Below are positions 9,926 to 18,457 of a stretch of DNA of 64,000 nucleotides, in pieces (positions within the stretch are counted from its first letter, which is position 1; each line of letters begins with the position of its first letter). The DNA lies in contig OY760074.1 of assembly GCA_963663035.1 (NCBI GenBank), positions 3,530,684 through 3,594,683 on the forward strand, given 5' to 3'. Position numbers and translations under genes: made by a program. Source of the stretch: Acidobacteriota bacterium (lineage in GTDB: Bacteria > Acidobacteriota > UBA6911 > RPQK01 > JADFOI01). Under the pieces are notes generated by a model. The model saw only the letters and a program-made list of their open reading frames with translations, made no database searches and was not told the origin of the DNA.

Positions 9926-10753
9926 TTATCCTCTTTTGATCTGCGTTCCCTCTTTCCCTCTCACTCCCTCCAACAACGCATTCTCCTTCAACCCACTCAA
10001 GATCTGTACTGAACCCACTCCTCCCTCCAGGACCCTGAGTGCGGTCTGGACCTTGGGCACCATACCGTCAGTTAGACCTCCCTGGCTCAACAAATCCTTG
10101 GCCTCGGTGGCACTCAACTCAGAAATACAGCTGGAGGCATCGTGAATGTCCCGGTAGATTCCCTCCACGTCTGAAACGGAAATCAGTTGGCTCGCCTGCA
10201 GGCTGATGGCCAGTTCAGCAGCCAGCGTGTCGGCATTGATGTTGAGGATTTGGCCGTCTTTGTCGGCACCCAGGCAGCTCACCACGGGAAGGAAGCCGCT
10301 GTCCCAGAATTGCTGCAAAACAGACGTGTCAATACTGTCAATCTCTCCCACCAGCCCAAAATCAATCAGCTCGGCATGCTCATGGCCGGAGGAGTCGGTG
10401 GTCGTAATCGAGAGAGGCGGCCTTCTGTGGCAGCAAGTCAGCCTGGCATCGAAGGCTGAGATTCCTAAGGCCGACAAACCCAAGGCAACCAGATCCGCAA
10501 CCAGATTGCGATTCATGGCAGAGAAGACCATGGTGGCCAGCTCCAGCGTGGCCTTGTCGGTGACACGGCGCCCCTGATGCTGGACGATCGGTATCCCCAG
10601 ACGGTTGGACAGATTGGTCAGCTGTTTTCCTCCGCCGTGGACAACGATCAAACGGTGACCGTCTCGGTCCAACTGGACCAGCTGTCGGCACAGGTGGCCT
10701 CGCGGTTTGTCCTCCTCCAAGACCTTTCCACTCAGCTTGACCACCAGGATCAT
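9926..10753 (-). CDS. argB: Acetylglutamate kinase
   Basis: VVKLSG, VHGGG, GRRVTD, LNINAD, GMVPK motifs; operon with argC/argD. Confidence 0.9.
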   Translation of the reverse strand: MILVVKLSGKVLEEDKPRGHLCRQLVQLDRDGHRLIVVHGGGKQLTNLSNRLGIPIVQHQGRRVTDKATLELATMVFSAMNRNLVADLVALGLSALGISAFDARLTCCHRRPPLSITTTDSSGHEHAELIDFGLVGEIDSIDTSVLQQFWDSGFLPVVSCLGADKDGQILNINADTLAAELAISLQASQLISVSDVEGIYRDIHDASSCISELSATEAKDLLSQGGLTDGMVPKVQTALRVLEGGVGSVQILSGLKENALLEGVRGKEGTQIKRG

Positions 10754-11907
10754 ATGGTCTTGACGGCCTCCACAAAGAGATCGGCTTCACTTCGTTTCAG
10801 GACCAGAGGCGGCATCAGACGCAGGACCTGGGCATCCATTGAGGTCCCGGCCAGAATGTGCTTTTCGAGGAGCGCCCCCTGCAGTTCCTTGGCCGTCATT
10901 TTTTCACCCAATTTTAGACCCAACAGAAGTCCCCGGCCCCGCACTTCCTCAACGTGGTCAATGCCGGCAAGAGCTTCCTTCAGATAGACGCCCATCAGGC
11001 TAGCGTGTTTGGCCAGCTCTTCCCTTTCGATGACCTCCAGCGTGGCTTCCATGGCGGCGCACCCCAGGGGGCCACCCCCAAACGTGCTGCCCAGGTCGCC
11101 GCTTCTGACCGTTCTGGCCAGCTTTTCGGTCACAAGCAGAGCACCCGCGGGAAAACCCGAGGCGATCCCTTTGGCTAAAGTCACCATGTCAGGATGAATC
11201 TTGAGGTGTCCGGAGAAGAGAAAGGATCCGGTTCGTGCCACTCCTGTTTGCACCTCATCAAAGATCAGGAGTGCTCCATGGTCTTGGCAGACCTCCTGGA
11301 TCTGGCTCAGACAGTCCAGAGGGATCTCCTGCATTCCCCCCATGCTCTGAATCGGTTCGATCAGGACAGCTGCCGTTTTCTCAGAGACGGCAGCTGCCAC
11401 TCCTGCTGCGGGCAGGATCCGATGCATGGGCACCGGTGTGTTCAGGTAATCGAGATACTTGGGGATCCCGGTGCTGGAGAGACTGCCGTAGGTGCGACCA
11501 TGAAAGGAGCCGGAGAGGGAAATGACTTCGCGGCGTCCAGTGGTGGCTCGCGCCAGCTTGATGGCGTTCTCATTGGCCTCGCTGCCAGAGGTGACCAGGA
11601 ATGCCTGGTAGTAGGGTTCACCGGCCATCTCCAGCAACTTTTTCACCGCTCGCGCTCTAGCCCGGTTGTAGCTGACATTGGAGTAGAAAATCAGCTGGGC
11701 AGCCTGTTCTTGAATGGCTTGAACAACATGGGGATGGCAGTGACCTGTTGAGGCCACCGCATGAGCGCCGTAGAGATCAAGATATTGGGTTCCTTCCTGA
11801 TCATAAACGTAGCACCCCTCACCTTTCTCGATGAAGAGAGGAAACTTGGCGTAGGTTTGCAGCTGATACCGGTCCTCGTAGCTCTTCAGGTCATCTACTG
11901 TCGTCAT
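10750..11907 (-). CDS. argD: Acetylornithine aminotransferase (class III PLP)
   Basis: SGSEANENA, FHGRT, EPIQ, FDEVQTG, LAKG, STFGG; operon context. Confidence 0.88.
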   Translation of the reverse strand: MTTVDDLKSYEDRYQLQTYAKFPLFIEKGEGCYVYDQEGTQYLDLYGAHAVASTGHCHPHVVQAIQEQAAQLIFYSNVSYNRARARAVKKLLEMAGEPYYQAFLVTSGSEANENAIKLARATTGRREVISLSGSFHGRTYGSLSSTGIPKYLDYLNTPVPMHRILPAAGVAAAVSEKTAAVLIEPIQSMGGMQEIPLDCLSQIQEVCQDHGALLIFDEVQTGVARTGSFLFSGHLKIHPDMVTLAKGIASGFPAGALLVTEKLARTVRSGDLGSTFGGGPLGCAAMEATLEVIEREELAKHASLMGVYLKEALAGIDHVEEVRGRGLLLGLKLGEKMTAKELQGALLEKHILAGTSMDAQVLRLMPPLVLKRSEADLFVEAVKTI

Positions 11908-11956
11908 GGTTGGTCACCGCTTTGCTGGATTCGTGCTTTCCTGCATTCGTGCACCC

Positions 11957-12967
11957 CTAAGGGTGCACGGGGGCTGTCTCCAGGCCTGTCTCCTCAGGAA
12001 AGTCGCAAATCAGGTTCATATTTTGAACGGCCTGACCGGCGGCACCCTTTTGCAGATTATCCAACACCGACCAGACAATGAGAAAGCCATTTTGAGTTGC
12101 GGCGCCGATGTCTACGAAATTGGAGTGACGAACGAAGCTCACATTGGGAGATCCGGAGACCCAGCGAATAAAGAAATCTGAACCGTAGTAGGTTTCATAC
12201 AGGTTGGCCACTTCCTCGGTGGTCACCGACTTGGCCAACTCCATGTAGTGGCTGGCGAAGATTCCACGCACGAACGGAGCCGAGTAGGTCTGAAAGATCA
12301 ACGGGTAGTCGGGCTCACCCAGGAGCTGTGTAATCTCGGGAAGATGCTGGTGCGCAAAAGGCTTGTAGGCGAACAGGCTGTTGGTGCGCCAGGGATGATG
12401 GGTGGTGGCGCCCGGAGAGTTTCCAGCTCCCGAGGAACCCGTTTTGGTATCGACGTAGACGGGTCCCTGGATCCACTTCTCCTGAAAAAGCGGATAGAGT
12501 GCCAGGAGTGTGGCACTGGCAAAGCAGCCTGGATTGGCAATGCGCCGAGCCGAGCGGATTTCTTCCCGCTTCAGTTCCGTGAGTCCGTAAACGAAGGCCT
12601 TCTGCTCCTCGGGGCAGTGGGGCGGAAAGCTGTAGAATTTCTCAAACACTTCGGGGTCTGCCAGCCGAAAATCACCGCTCAGATCGATGACCACCAGCTC
12701 GCCGGGCAGTTCCGGCACCAGCTTCATCGCTTCCCCGTGGGGCAAAGCCAGAAACAGGACATCCAGCTGTGAAGCGGGCAGCTCCTCCAAAGGCGAGAAA
12801 CGGAGCTTCAGCACCCCGCGCAAGTGTGGATAGACGCTTGCGACTTCTTTTCCGGCATGTTGTTGGGAGGAGATCCAAGCGATCGTGACATCGGGGTGAC
12901 GCAGGAGAATTTGAATGAGCTCAATGCCTCCGTAGCCCGAACCGCCGGCTATTCCGATTTGAGCCAT
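11957..12967 (-). CDS. argC: N-acetyl-gamma-glutamyl-phosphate reductase
   Basis: GGSGYGG, LALPHG, IDLSGDFR, IANPGC, DNLQKGAAGQAVQNMN. Confidence 0.94.
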   Translation of the reverse strand: MAQIGIAGGSGYGGIELIQILLRHPDVTIAWISSQQHAGKEVASVYPHLRGVLKLRFSPLEELPASQLDVLFLALPHGEAMKLVPELPGELVVIDLSGDFRLADPEVFEKFYSFPPHCPEEQKAFVYGLTELKREEIRSARRIANPGCFASATLLALYPLFQEKWIQGPVYVDTKTGSSGAGNSPGATTHHPWRTNSLFAYKPFAHQHLPEITQLLGEPDYPLIFQTYSAPFVRGIFASHYMELAKSVTTEEVANLYETYYGSDFFIRWVSGSPNVSFVRHSNFVDIGAATQNGFLIVWSVLDNLQKGAAGQAVQNMNLICDFPEETGLETAPVHP

Positions 12968-14034
12968 GGCATCAGAGTCTCTAGAACGAAAGTGCAGATC
13001 GTGCCCGTGCCTTCCCGAGAATTGCCTGCCGGAAGGTCCCAGTGTTCCTCAATGTAACGTATGCCTTCCCCACTGTCCGTGACAGGTCCTGAAATGAGAA
13101 TCGGATACTTCCTGGGACCTTGCTTGGACAACCACTCCATAGCTCCCCACACACCCATCAAGTCATTGGCGCACACGATCATCGATACGCAGCAGCTCAT
13201 GAATTGTTCATCTTCAAAGAGGGAGGCAACCTGATAGCCTCCCAGGACTCCGTCACCCATCTCCAGAACAATGAAGTCAGGGTGGGACTCGGACAGATAG
13301 TGCACCATGGAGCGGGCGATGGGGACAACGGTTTCCAGATGGGCCGTGGAAGGTATGCCGAAGTCCTGAAAGCTCAGAATTTTTTGAGCGCCGTTTTCCT
13401 TCATGGCCAGAGGGTCTTTCAAGCAACCTACCCCGGCAACTTTTCCAGCGTTGATGGAAAACCCCTTATCAGTGAACATCTTCAGGAGTTGTTGGCAAAC
13501 GGCGGTTTTCCCGGCGTTCATGCAGGTCCCCACAACCATGACTACCGGAACCTCCAGGATGGGCTTATCGACTAGAGCGAGAGCGAAGTCTTTCAGATTA
13601 GCAGCTCGGCCGTTCCAGGAAACGGTGCCCAGGTACTCCAGTTGGGTGGGCCATCCTAAATCGCGATGGAAATCCGTGCATTCTCCTATGACACCACCCC
13701 GATTGAGCAGGTGAAGCTCCATGCCTGCCTTGAGCTCAGAGGGAGGATCGCCTGAAAATCCTTGCAGGGCTTTGCGGCTTCCCAAGGCTCCAATGATCAA
13801 TTCTCCTCCACTCAGAGTCTCCTCCTCCCCATCCAGTGTTTCCAGCTTCGAATAGTCGGTATTGACCTTCTTGACTTTTACCAGGACCAGGTCCCCGTGA
13901 TGGGCGGTCTTCTCCTCTGTCACCCTGAGAAGTCCGGCAAGGGGAACTCGACTGGTCACGGAGGCGATCAGATCAGGTCTGACTCCTTCAGGCTTTGAGG
14001 CAGATGTGGGATCGACTAAGACTTTAACTTGCAT
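12949..14034 (-). CDS. DUF1611/DgcN-like P-loop protein, first gene of arg operon
   Basis: GTCMNAGKT P-loop, GKVAGVG..D, DFG.PST, LEMGDG; ATG 14034 with GAGG RBS; overlaps argC start by 19 nt; family assignment by motif recall. Confidence 0.7.
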   Translation of the reverse strand: MQVKVLVDPTSASKPEGVRPDLIASVTSRVPLAGLLRVTEEKTAHHGDLVLVKVKKVNTDYSKLETLDGEEETLSGGELIIGALGSRKALQGFSGDPPSELKAGMELHLLNRGGVIGECTDFHRDLGWPTQLEYLGTVSWNGRAANLKDFALALVDKPILEVPVVMVVGTCMNAGKTAVCQQLLKMFTDKGFSINAGKVAGVGCLKDPLAMKENGAQKILSFQDFGIPSTAHLETVVPIARSMVHYLSESHPDFIVLEMGDGVLGGYQVASLFEDEQFMSCCVSMIVCANDLMGVWGAMEWLSKQGPRKYPILISGPVTDSGEGIRYIEEHWDLPAGNSREGTGTICTFVLETLMPWLKSE

Positions 14035-14062
14035 GGTTGACCTCGCTGAACGTTTCTTCCAG

Positions 14063-14098
14063 AGTGCATAATTATACATAGTTTAGTGAATATGTCAA
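14063..14098 (-). promoter_or_regulatory. Consensus sigma70 promoter with overlapping ARG box (ArgR operator)
   Basis: Minus strand TTGACA (14093-14098)-16 nt-TATAAT (14071-14076); TATGTATAATTATGCACT (14063-14080) matches WNTGNATWWWWATNCANW at every position. Confidence 0.8.
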
Positions 14099-14127
14099 GG
14101 ATAAAGGTGTATAATCGCCTGAAATAT

Positions 14128-14976
14128 TCAGTGCGGGCGCCGCGACTTCAAGCGGACCACGCTGCCGTAGATCTCGCGCTTGGAGAGAGGGAGTTCTCGG
14201 GCGGCTCGCTGGATGGCTTCTTTTTGAGTGAGTCCTTCTACCTCCATCAGTCCTAAAACGTAGGCCGCTCCATCGACCTGAGGCGAAACCTCATTCTGTT
14301 GGGAGGTGCAACCTTCAAGAACCAGGGTATATTCACCCCGAGGACGTTCTTGCTCCAGAGTCTTGCGGACATCTTGGAGGAGACCGAAGTAGTGAGTTTC
14401 ATGCAGCTTGGTCATTTCTCGGACCAGGAAAGATCTCCGATCACCCAGGATTTCCACAATCCTTTTGACGGTGGGAAGAAGACCATGCGGAGAGAGGTAA
14501 ATCAGGAGGGTGGACTCCTCTCGGGAGAGTGTTTGCAGCAGTTCCCGTTGTGGGCCGGTTCGGCGGGGAAGGAAACCGACGAAGAGAAAGCGATGAGTCG
14601 GCAGACCCGAAATGGAGAGTGCGGCCGTGGCTGCCGAGGGGCCGGGAACGGAGTAGACGGCAATCTCCTTTTCTCGGCAGGAGACCACCAGGCGATGACC
14701 GGGATCGGAGAGAAGTGGAGTTCCGGCGTCCGAGACCAGCGCGAGGGCATGTCCCTGCTCGAGCTGGGTGATCAGAGCAGGGGTCTTGGCTGCTTCATTG
14801 TGCTCGTGGTAGCTGGTGGTTGCTGTGTGAATGGCGAAGTGGTTGAGAAGCTTGCGGGTGTGCCGGGTATCCTCACAGGCTATGAGGTCCACCTCGCCCA
14901 GGATCCGTACCGCACGCGGACTCAGATCCTCCAGATTTCCCAGCGGCGTGGCCACCACATATAGAATTCCCGACAT
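14128..14976 (-). CDS. rsmI: 16S rRNA (C1402) 2'-O-methyltransferase
   Basis: LYVVATPLGNLED, ACEDTR, SDAGTP, PGPSA, REMTKLHE. Confidence 0.95.
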   Translation of the reverse strand: MSGILYVVATPLGNLEDLSPRAVRILGEVDLIACEDTRHTRKLLNHFAIHTATTSYHEHNEAAKTPALITQLEQGHALALVSDAGTPLLSDPGHRLVVSCREKEIAVYSVPGPSAATAALSISGLPTHRFLFVGFLPRRTGPQRELLQTLSREESTLLIYLSPHGLLPTVKRIVEILGDRRSFLVREMTKLHETHYFGLLQDVRKTLEQERPRGEYTLVLEGCTSQQNEVSPQVDGAAYVLGLMEVEGLTQKEAIQRAARELPLSKREIYGSVVRLKSRRPH

Positions 14977-15002
14977 ATCTCACCTCGAAGCGGAATTCCG
15001 GG

Positions 15003-15761
15003 TTAGTTCGATTGATCTTGTGTGGTCCGTGGGGTCATCGCCTCCAACATTTCCCGAACGGCCCTTTCCATTCCCACCAGTGCGGCCCTGGCTACAATAT
15101 TGTGGCCGATGTTCAGTTCGGTAATTTGAGGAATATCCGAGACGGGACCAACGTTGCGGTAGGTGAGACCGTGACCGGCTAAAACGCGCAGCCCGAGAGA
15201 TTCGGCCAACTGTGCCGCCGCCACGATTTTGTCCAGCTCGCTCTGGAACCCCTCATCGCTTTCCTTGAGTCCCTTGGGAACCGCCTCGGAATAAGCAGCT
15301 GTGTTGATCTCGATCATGGTGACCCGGGTGATGGCGGCATGCTCGATTTGATTGCGTTCGGGATCGATGAAGAGGGAAACTTCCAATCCGCCTTCCTGCA
15401 ATCTTTGCACTGCCCCCATGATCTCCCTCTCGTTTTTGACCACGTCCAGGCCCCCCTCCGTGGTGACTTCTTCCTCCCGCTCCGGAACCAGAGTCGCGCT
15501 GTCAGGAGCCACTTCCAGGGCCAGGCTGACCATCTCCTCTGTGACCGCCATTTCCAGGTTGAGTCGGGTCGTGATCACCTCGCGCAGAAGTCTCACGTCT
15601 CGATCACTGATGTGGCGACGATCTGAACGCAGGTGAACGGTGATTCCGTGTGCCCCAGCCAGTTCAGCCAGAACAGCCGCCGCCACCGGATCCGGTTCAG
15701 GCGCTTGACGTGCCTGACGAATGGTGGCGATGTGATCGACATTGACACCGAGCGTAGTCAT
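15003..15761 (-). CDS. pdxJ: Pyridoxine 5'-phosphate synthase
   Basis: [40 protein letters not shown]. Confidence 0.95.
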   Translation of the reverse strand: MTTLGVNVDHIATIRQARQAPEPDPVAAAVLAELAGAHGITVHLRSDRRHISDRDVRLLREVITTRLNLEMAVTEEMVSLALEVAPDSATLVPEREEEVTTEGGLDVVKNEREIMGAVQRLQEGGLEVSLFIDPERNQIEHAAITRVTMIEINTAAYSEAVPKGLKESDEGFQSELDKIVAAAQLAESLGLRVLAGHGLTYRNVGPVSDIPQITELNIGHNIVARAALVGMERAVREMLEAMTPRTTQDQSN

Positions 15762-15768
15762 GAAAGAG

Positions 15769-15800
15769 AGAATACAGAATCCAGAATCCAGAATCCAGAA
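15769..15800. repeat. Heptamer tandem repeat (AGAATCC)n
   Basis: agaatac-agaatcc-agaatcc-agaatcc-agaa. Confidence 0.8.
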
Positions 15801-15806
15801 GGGGAA

Positions 15807-15911
15807 GGCCCGCAGGCTAAAGCCTGTGGCTCTGACGGAGCTGACGAGGCTCAAACAGAGCCGTGGGCTTTAGCTCCCGGAAACAGAGCCGTGGGCTTTA
15901 GCCCACGGGCC
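15807..15911. repeat. Cluster of three REP-like palindromes
   Basis: GGCCCGCAGGCTAAAGCCTGTGGCTCTG and two AAACAGAGCCGTGGGCTTTAGC(CCACGG) units; same family at 24177-24209 and 31719-31773. Confidence 0.85.
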
Positions 15912-15916
15912 AGTTG

Positions 15917-16675
15917 TCAGCTGTCAGCGGTCTGCTGTCCGTACCTCCCCCGGAAATCTTTCCATCTGATCCCCACAAGATCCCACGCCATCCTACCGGC
16001 ATCGGGAGCGAATCGCACACTGCTGCCCGGGACGTGCCGCCACACTACCGGGACCTCTTTGAGAGTGAGTCCCCACTTATGGGCCATATAGAGGATTTCC
16101 ACATCAAACCCGAAGCCATCGATGGTTTGCTTTCGAAAGAGGTCCTGGCAGCGGCCCATGTTGAAAAGCTTGAAGCCACACTGGGTGTCAGCGTAGGGAA
16201 GGCCGGTAGAGAGCCGCACCAGCCGGTTGAAAATCTTTCCGCTGGTTTCTCGAAACCAGGTTTGGCGCACTTCGATCTGGGATTCTTCCATGTCACGAGA
16301 TCCGAAAGCGATATGGCAGCTCCCATCGATAACTTCCCTCTCGAGTTTGGAGATCTCCTCGATCGGAGAACTCAAGTCGGCATCGGTCAACAGCGAGTAG
16401 GCGCCCTGAGCTTCCAGCATTCCACGTCGCACGCTGTAACCCTTGCCCCGGTTCCGGTCGTTGCGAAGGAGGCGCACCGTTCCCTCTGGATCATCCCTTG
16501 TGCCCAGCTCTTGGGTAATTTCACCGGTCCGATCCTGGGAGCCGTCGTCCACCACCAGGATCTCGAAAGAACGGCTGCGCGATCTCAGGTACACGGAAAT
16601 CCGTTCCAAGGTGGAGCCAATGCGCTGCTCTTCGTTGTAGGCGGGGATGACGACGGACAGGGACGGATGATTCAT
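15917..16675 (-). CDS. GT2 glycosyltransferase (dolichyl-phosphate glucosyltransferase-like)
   Basis: VIPAYNE, VVDDGS.D, NRGKG, DADL, DTQCGFK, FGFDVEIL. Confidence 0.9.
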   Translation of the reverse strand: MNHPSLSVVIPAYNEEQRIGSTLERISVYLRSRSRSFEILVVDDGSQDRTGEITQELGTRDDPEGTVRLLRNDRNRGKGYSVRRGMLEAQGAYSLLTDADLSSPIEEISKLEREVIDGSCHIAFGSRDMEESQIEVRQTWFRETSGKIFNRLVRLSTGLPYADTQCGFKLFNMGRCQDLFRKQTIDGFGFDVEILYMAHKWGLTLKEVPVVWRHVPGSSVRFAPDAGRMAWDLVGIRWKDFRGRYGQQTADS

Positions 16676-18123
16676 TGGAGAATGGTGAGGACCTTGCGCA
16701 GGCGCTGAAGAGTTCTGTCCTTTCCCAGGGTGACGATCACATCAAAGATTCCCGGGGCCGCTGTTTTTCCTGTTAAGGCAACCCGAATGGCACCAATAAA
16801 TTTCCCTGCCTTGATTTCATGCCGTTCTCCCACTTCTCGCAGGACTTTTTCCGTTGCTTCCAGACTGAACTCTCCCAGGGCCTGATAAGCCTCGGAGAGT
16901 TCCTGAATTGCGCCGACCAGGGTCAAGCGCTGCGCTGGTTCCTCAAAAGAAAGGAATTTTTCTATCGCCTGTTGCTCATATTCAAAGTCATCAGAAAAGA
17001 AGGGCCTTCCCAGATCGGCGAACTCGGTGAGCTTTTTAGCGCGGGACTTCAAGAGCTCGATTGTGCTCAGGAATTGGTCCCGACCTTCACTCTCCCAAGC
17101 CCGATCCCACAGCTTCTCCTCCTGAAGGAGGGACTTCACCTCTGGTTCCAGCTCCTGAGGTGTCGCCCGTGAGATGTACTGTCCGTTCATCCATTCCAGT
17201 TTTTGGGGATCAAACAGGGCATCGGCCTTATTAATGCGGCGGATGTCAAAGCGTTCGATCAGCTCCTCTTGGGTGAAGATCTCTTCATCCCCGCTGGGTG
17301 ACCATCCCAGGCGAACCAGATAATTCTTGAGGGCGGCCGGCAGGAACCCCTGCTTTTTATATTCTAGAACCGAAGTGGCGCCATGGCGTTTGCTGAGACG
17401 CTTCTTATCCGGGCCCAGGATGAGGGGAAGATGCACATAAGAGGGCTTCGGCTGCGCGAAAGCCTGGTAGAGCAAAACGTGTTTGCTGGTATTGGAAAGG
17501 TGGTCAGCGCCTCGCACCACATGTGAGATCTTCATTTCGCTGTCATCCGCCACCACGCAAAGATGGTAGGTCGGTGTGCCGTCGGAGCGAAGAAGGACGA
17601 AGTCTTCAATATTTTCGGTCTCCACTTCGATGGGACCATAGACAAGATCTTCGAAGTTAACCTTCTGCTGGTCGGGAACCTTGAATCTCACGGCAAAAGG
17701 CTCCCCGGCCGTCAGGCGTCCCTGGACCTTCTCTCTGGAGAGCTTGCGGCAGGTGCGGTCATACCGCCACTCCTGTCCCCCAACCCGGGCTGCCTGTTTT
17801 TTGCTCTCCAGCAGTTCGGGAGAGCAAAAGCAGCGGTAGGCGCCTTCTGACTCCAGCAGTTGCTGGCTGAGGGCACGATAACTTTCAAACCGCTGGGACT
17901 GATAGAAAGGTCCTTCGTCCCAATCAAGTCCCAGCCAGCCCAAGCCCTCCAGGATCCCCTCCACCATCTCGGCACTGGAACGCTTCACATCGGTATCTTC
18001 AATGCGCAGGGCAAAGGTGCCGCCCTTTTGACGGGCCAGCAGCCAGTTGAACAGAGCGGTGCGGGCCCCGCCAATGTGCAGGTAACCGGTCGGACTGGGT
18101 GCAAATCTGACTCTTACGCTCAT
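16672..18123 (-). CDS. gltX: Glutamate--tRNA ligase
   Basis: RFAPSPTGYLHIGG, LRIEDTD, RGADH, RLSKRHG. Confidence 0.96.
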   Translation of the reverse strand: MSVRVRFAPSPTGYLHIGGARTALFNWLLARQKGGTFALRIEDTDVKRSSAEMVEGILEGLGWLGLDWDEGPFYQSQRFESYRALSQQLLESEGAYRCFCSPELLESKKQAARVGGQEWRYDRTCRKLSREKVQGRLTAGEPFAVRFKVPDQQKVNFEDLVYGPIEVETENIEDFVLLRSDGTPTYHLCVVADDSEMKISHVVRGADHLSNTSKHVLLYQAFAQPKPSYVHLPLILGPDKKRLSKRHGATSVLEYKKQGFLPAALKNYLVRLGWSPSGDEEIFTQEELIERFDIRRINKADALFDPQKLEWMNGQYISRATPQELEPEVKSLLQEEKLWDRAWESEGRDQFLSTIELLKSRAKKLTEFADLGRPFFSDDFEYEQQAIEKFLSFEEPAQRLTLVGAIQELSEAYQALGEFSLEATEKVLREVGERHEIKAGKFIGAIRVALTGKTAAPGIFDVIVTLGKDRTLQRLRKVLTILQ

Positions 18124-18215
18124 GCCATGCCCAGAAAAGGGAAGCTCGATTATAACGGCTTAGGAAATATGGGGACAGCTGAACAGCCCATGATAGAATT
18201 GGCTCCGCCTGCTGG

Positions 18216-18300
18216 GCCCGGGTGGCGGAATTGGCAGACGCACAGGACTTAAAATCCTGTGAGGGTTTCCCTCGTGAGGGTTCGAGTCCCTCCCCGGGCA
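18216..18300 (+). tRNA. tRNA-Leu(TAA)
   Basis: Acceptor GCCCGGG/CCCGGGC-A, anticodon arm CAGGA-CTTAAAA-TCCTG, long variable arm, GGTTCGAGTCC T-arm; no encoded CCA. Confidence 0.95.
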
Positions 18301-18457
18301 CGCTTCTGACGCGGGTTTCAGCCAAGTTGAGTCTCCCTGACTCACCCTCCAAAACCCCAAATTGTGCCTGAATTGTGCCCGCGGCAAACTCACTCCAACT
18401 CACTCAAACCAAAATAGAGGCCATTTTTCATTGCTTTCAGGACACCTCAAGACTTAG

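Noticed and set aside
15762-15854. N-terminal extension of PdxJ
   Set aside because: Translation of REP and heptamer repeats; the true start is 15761
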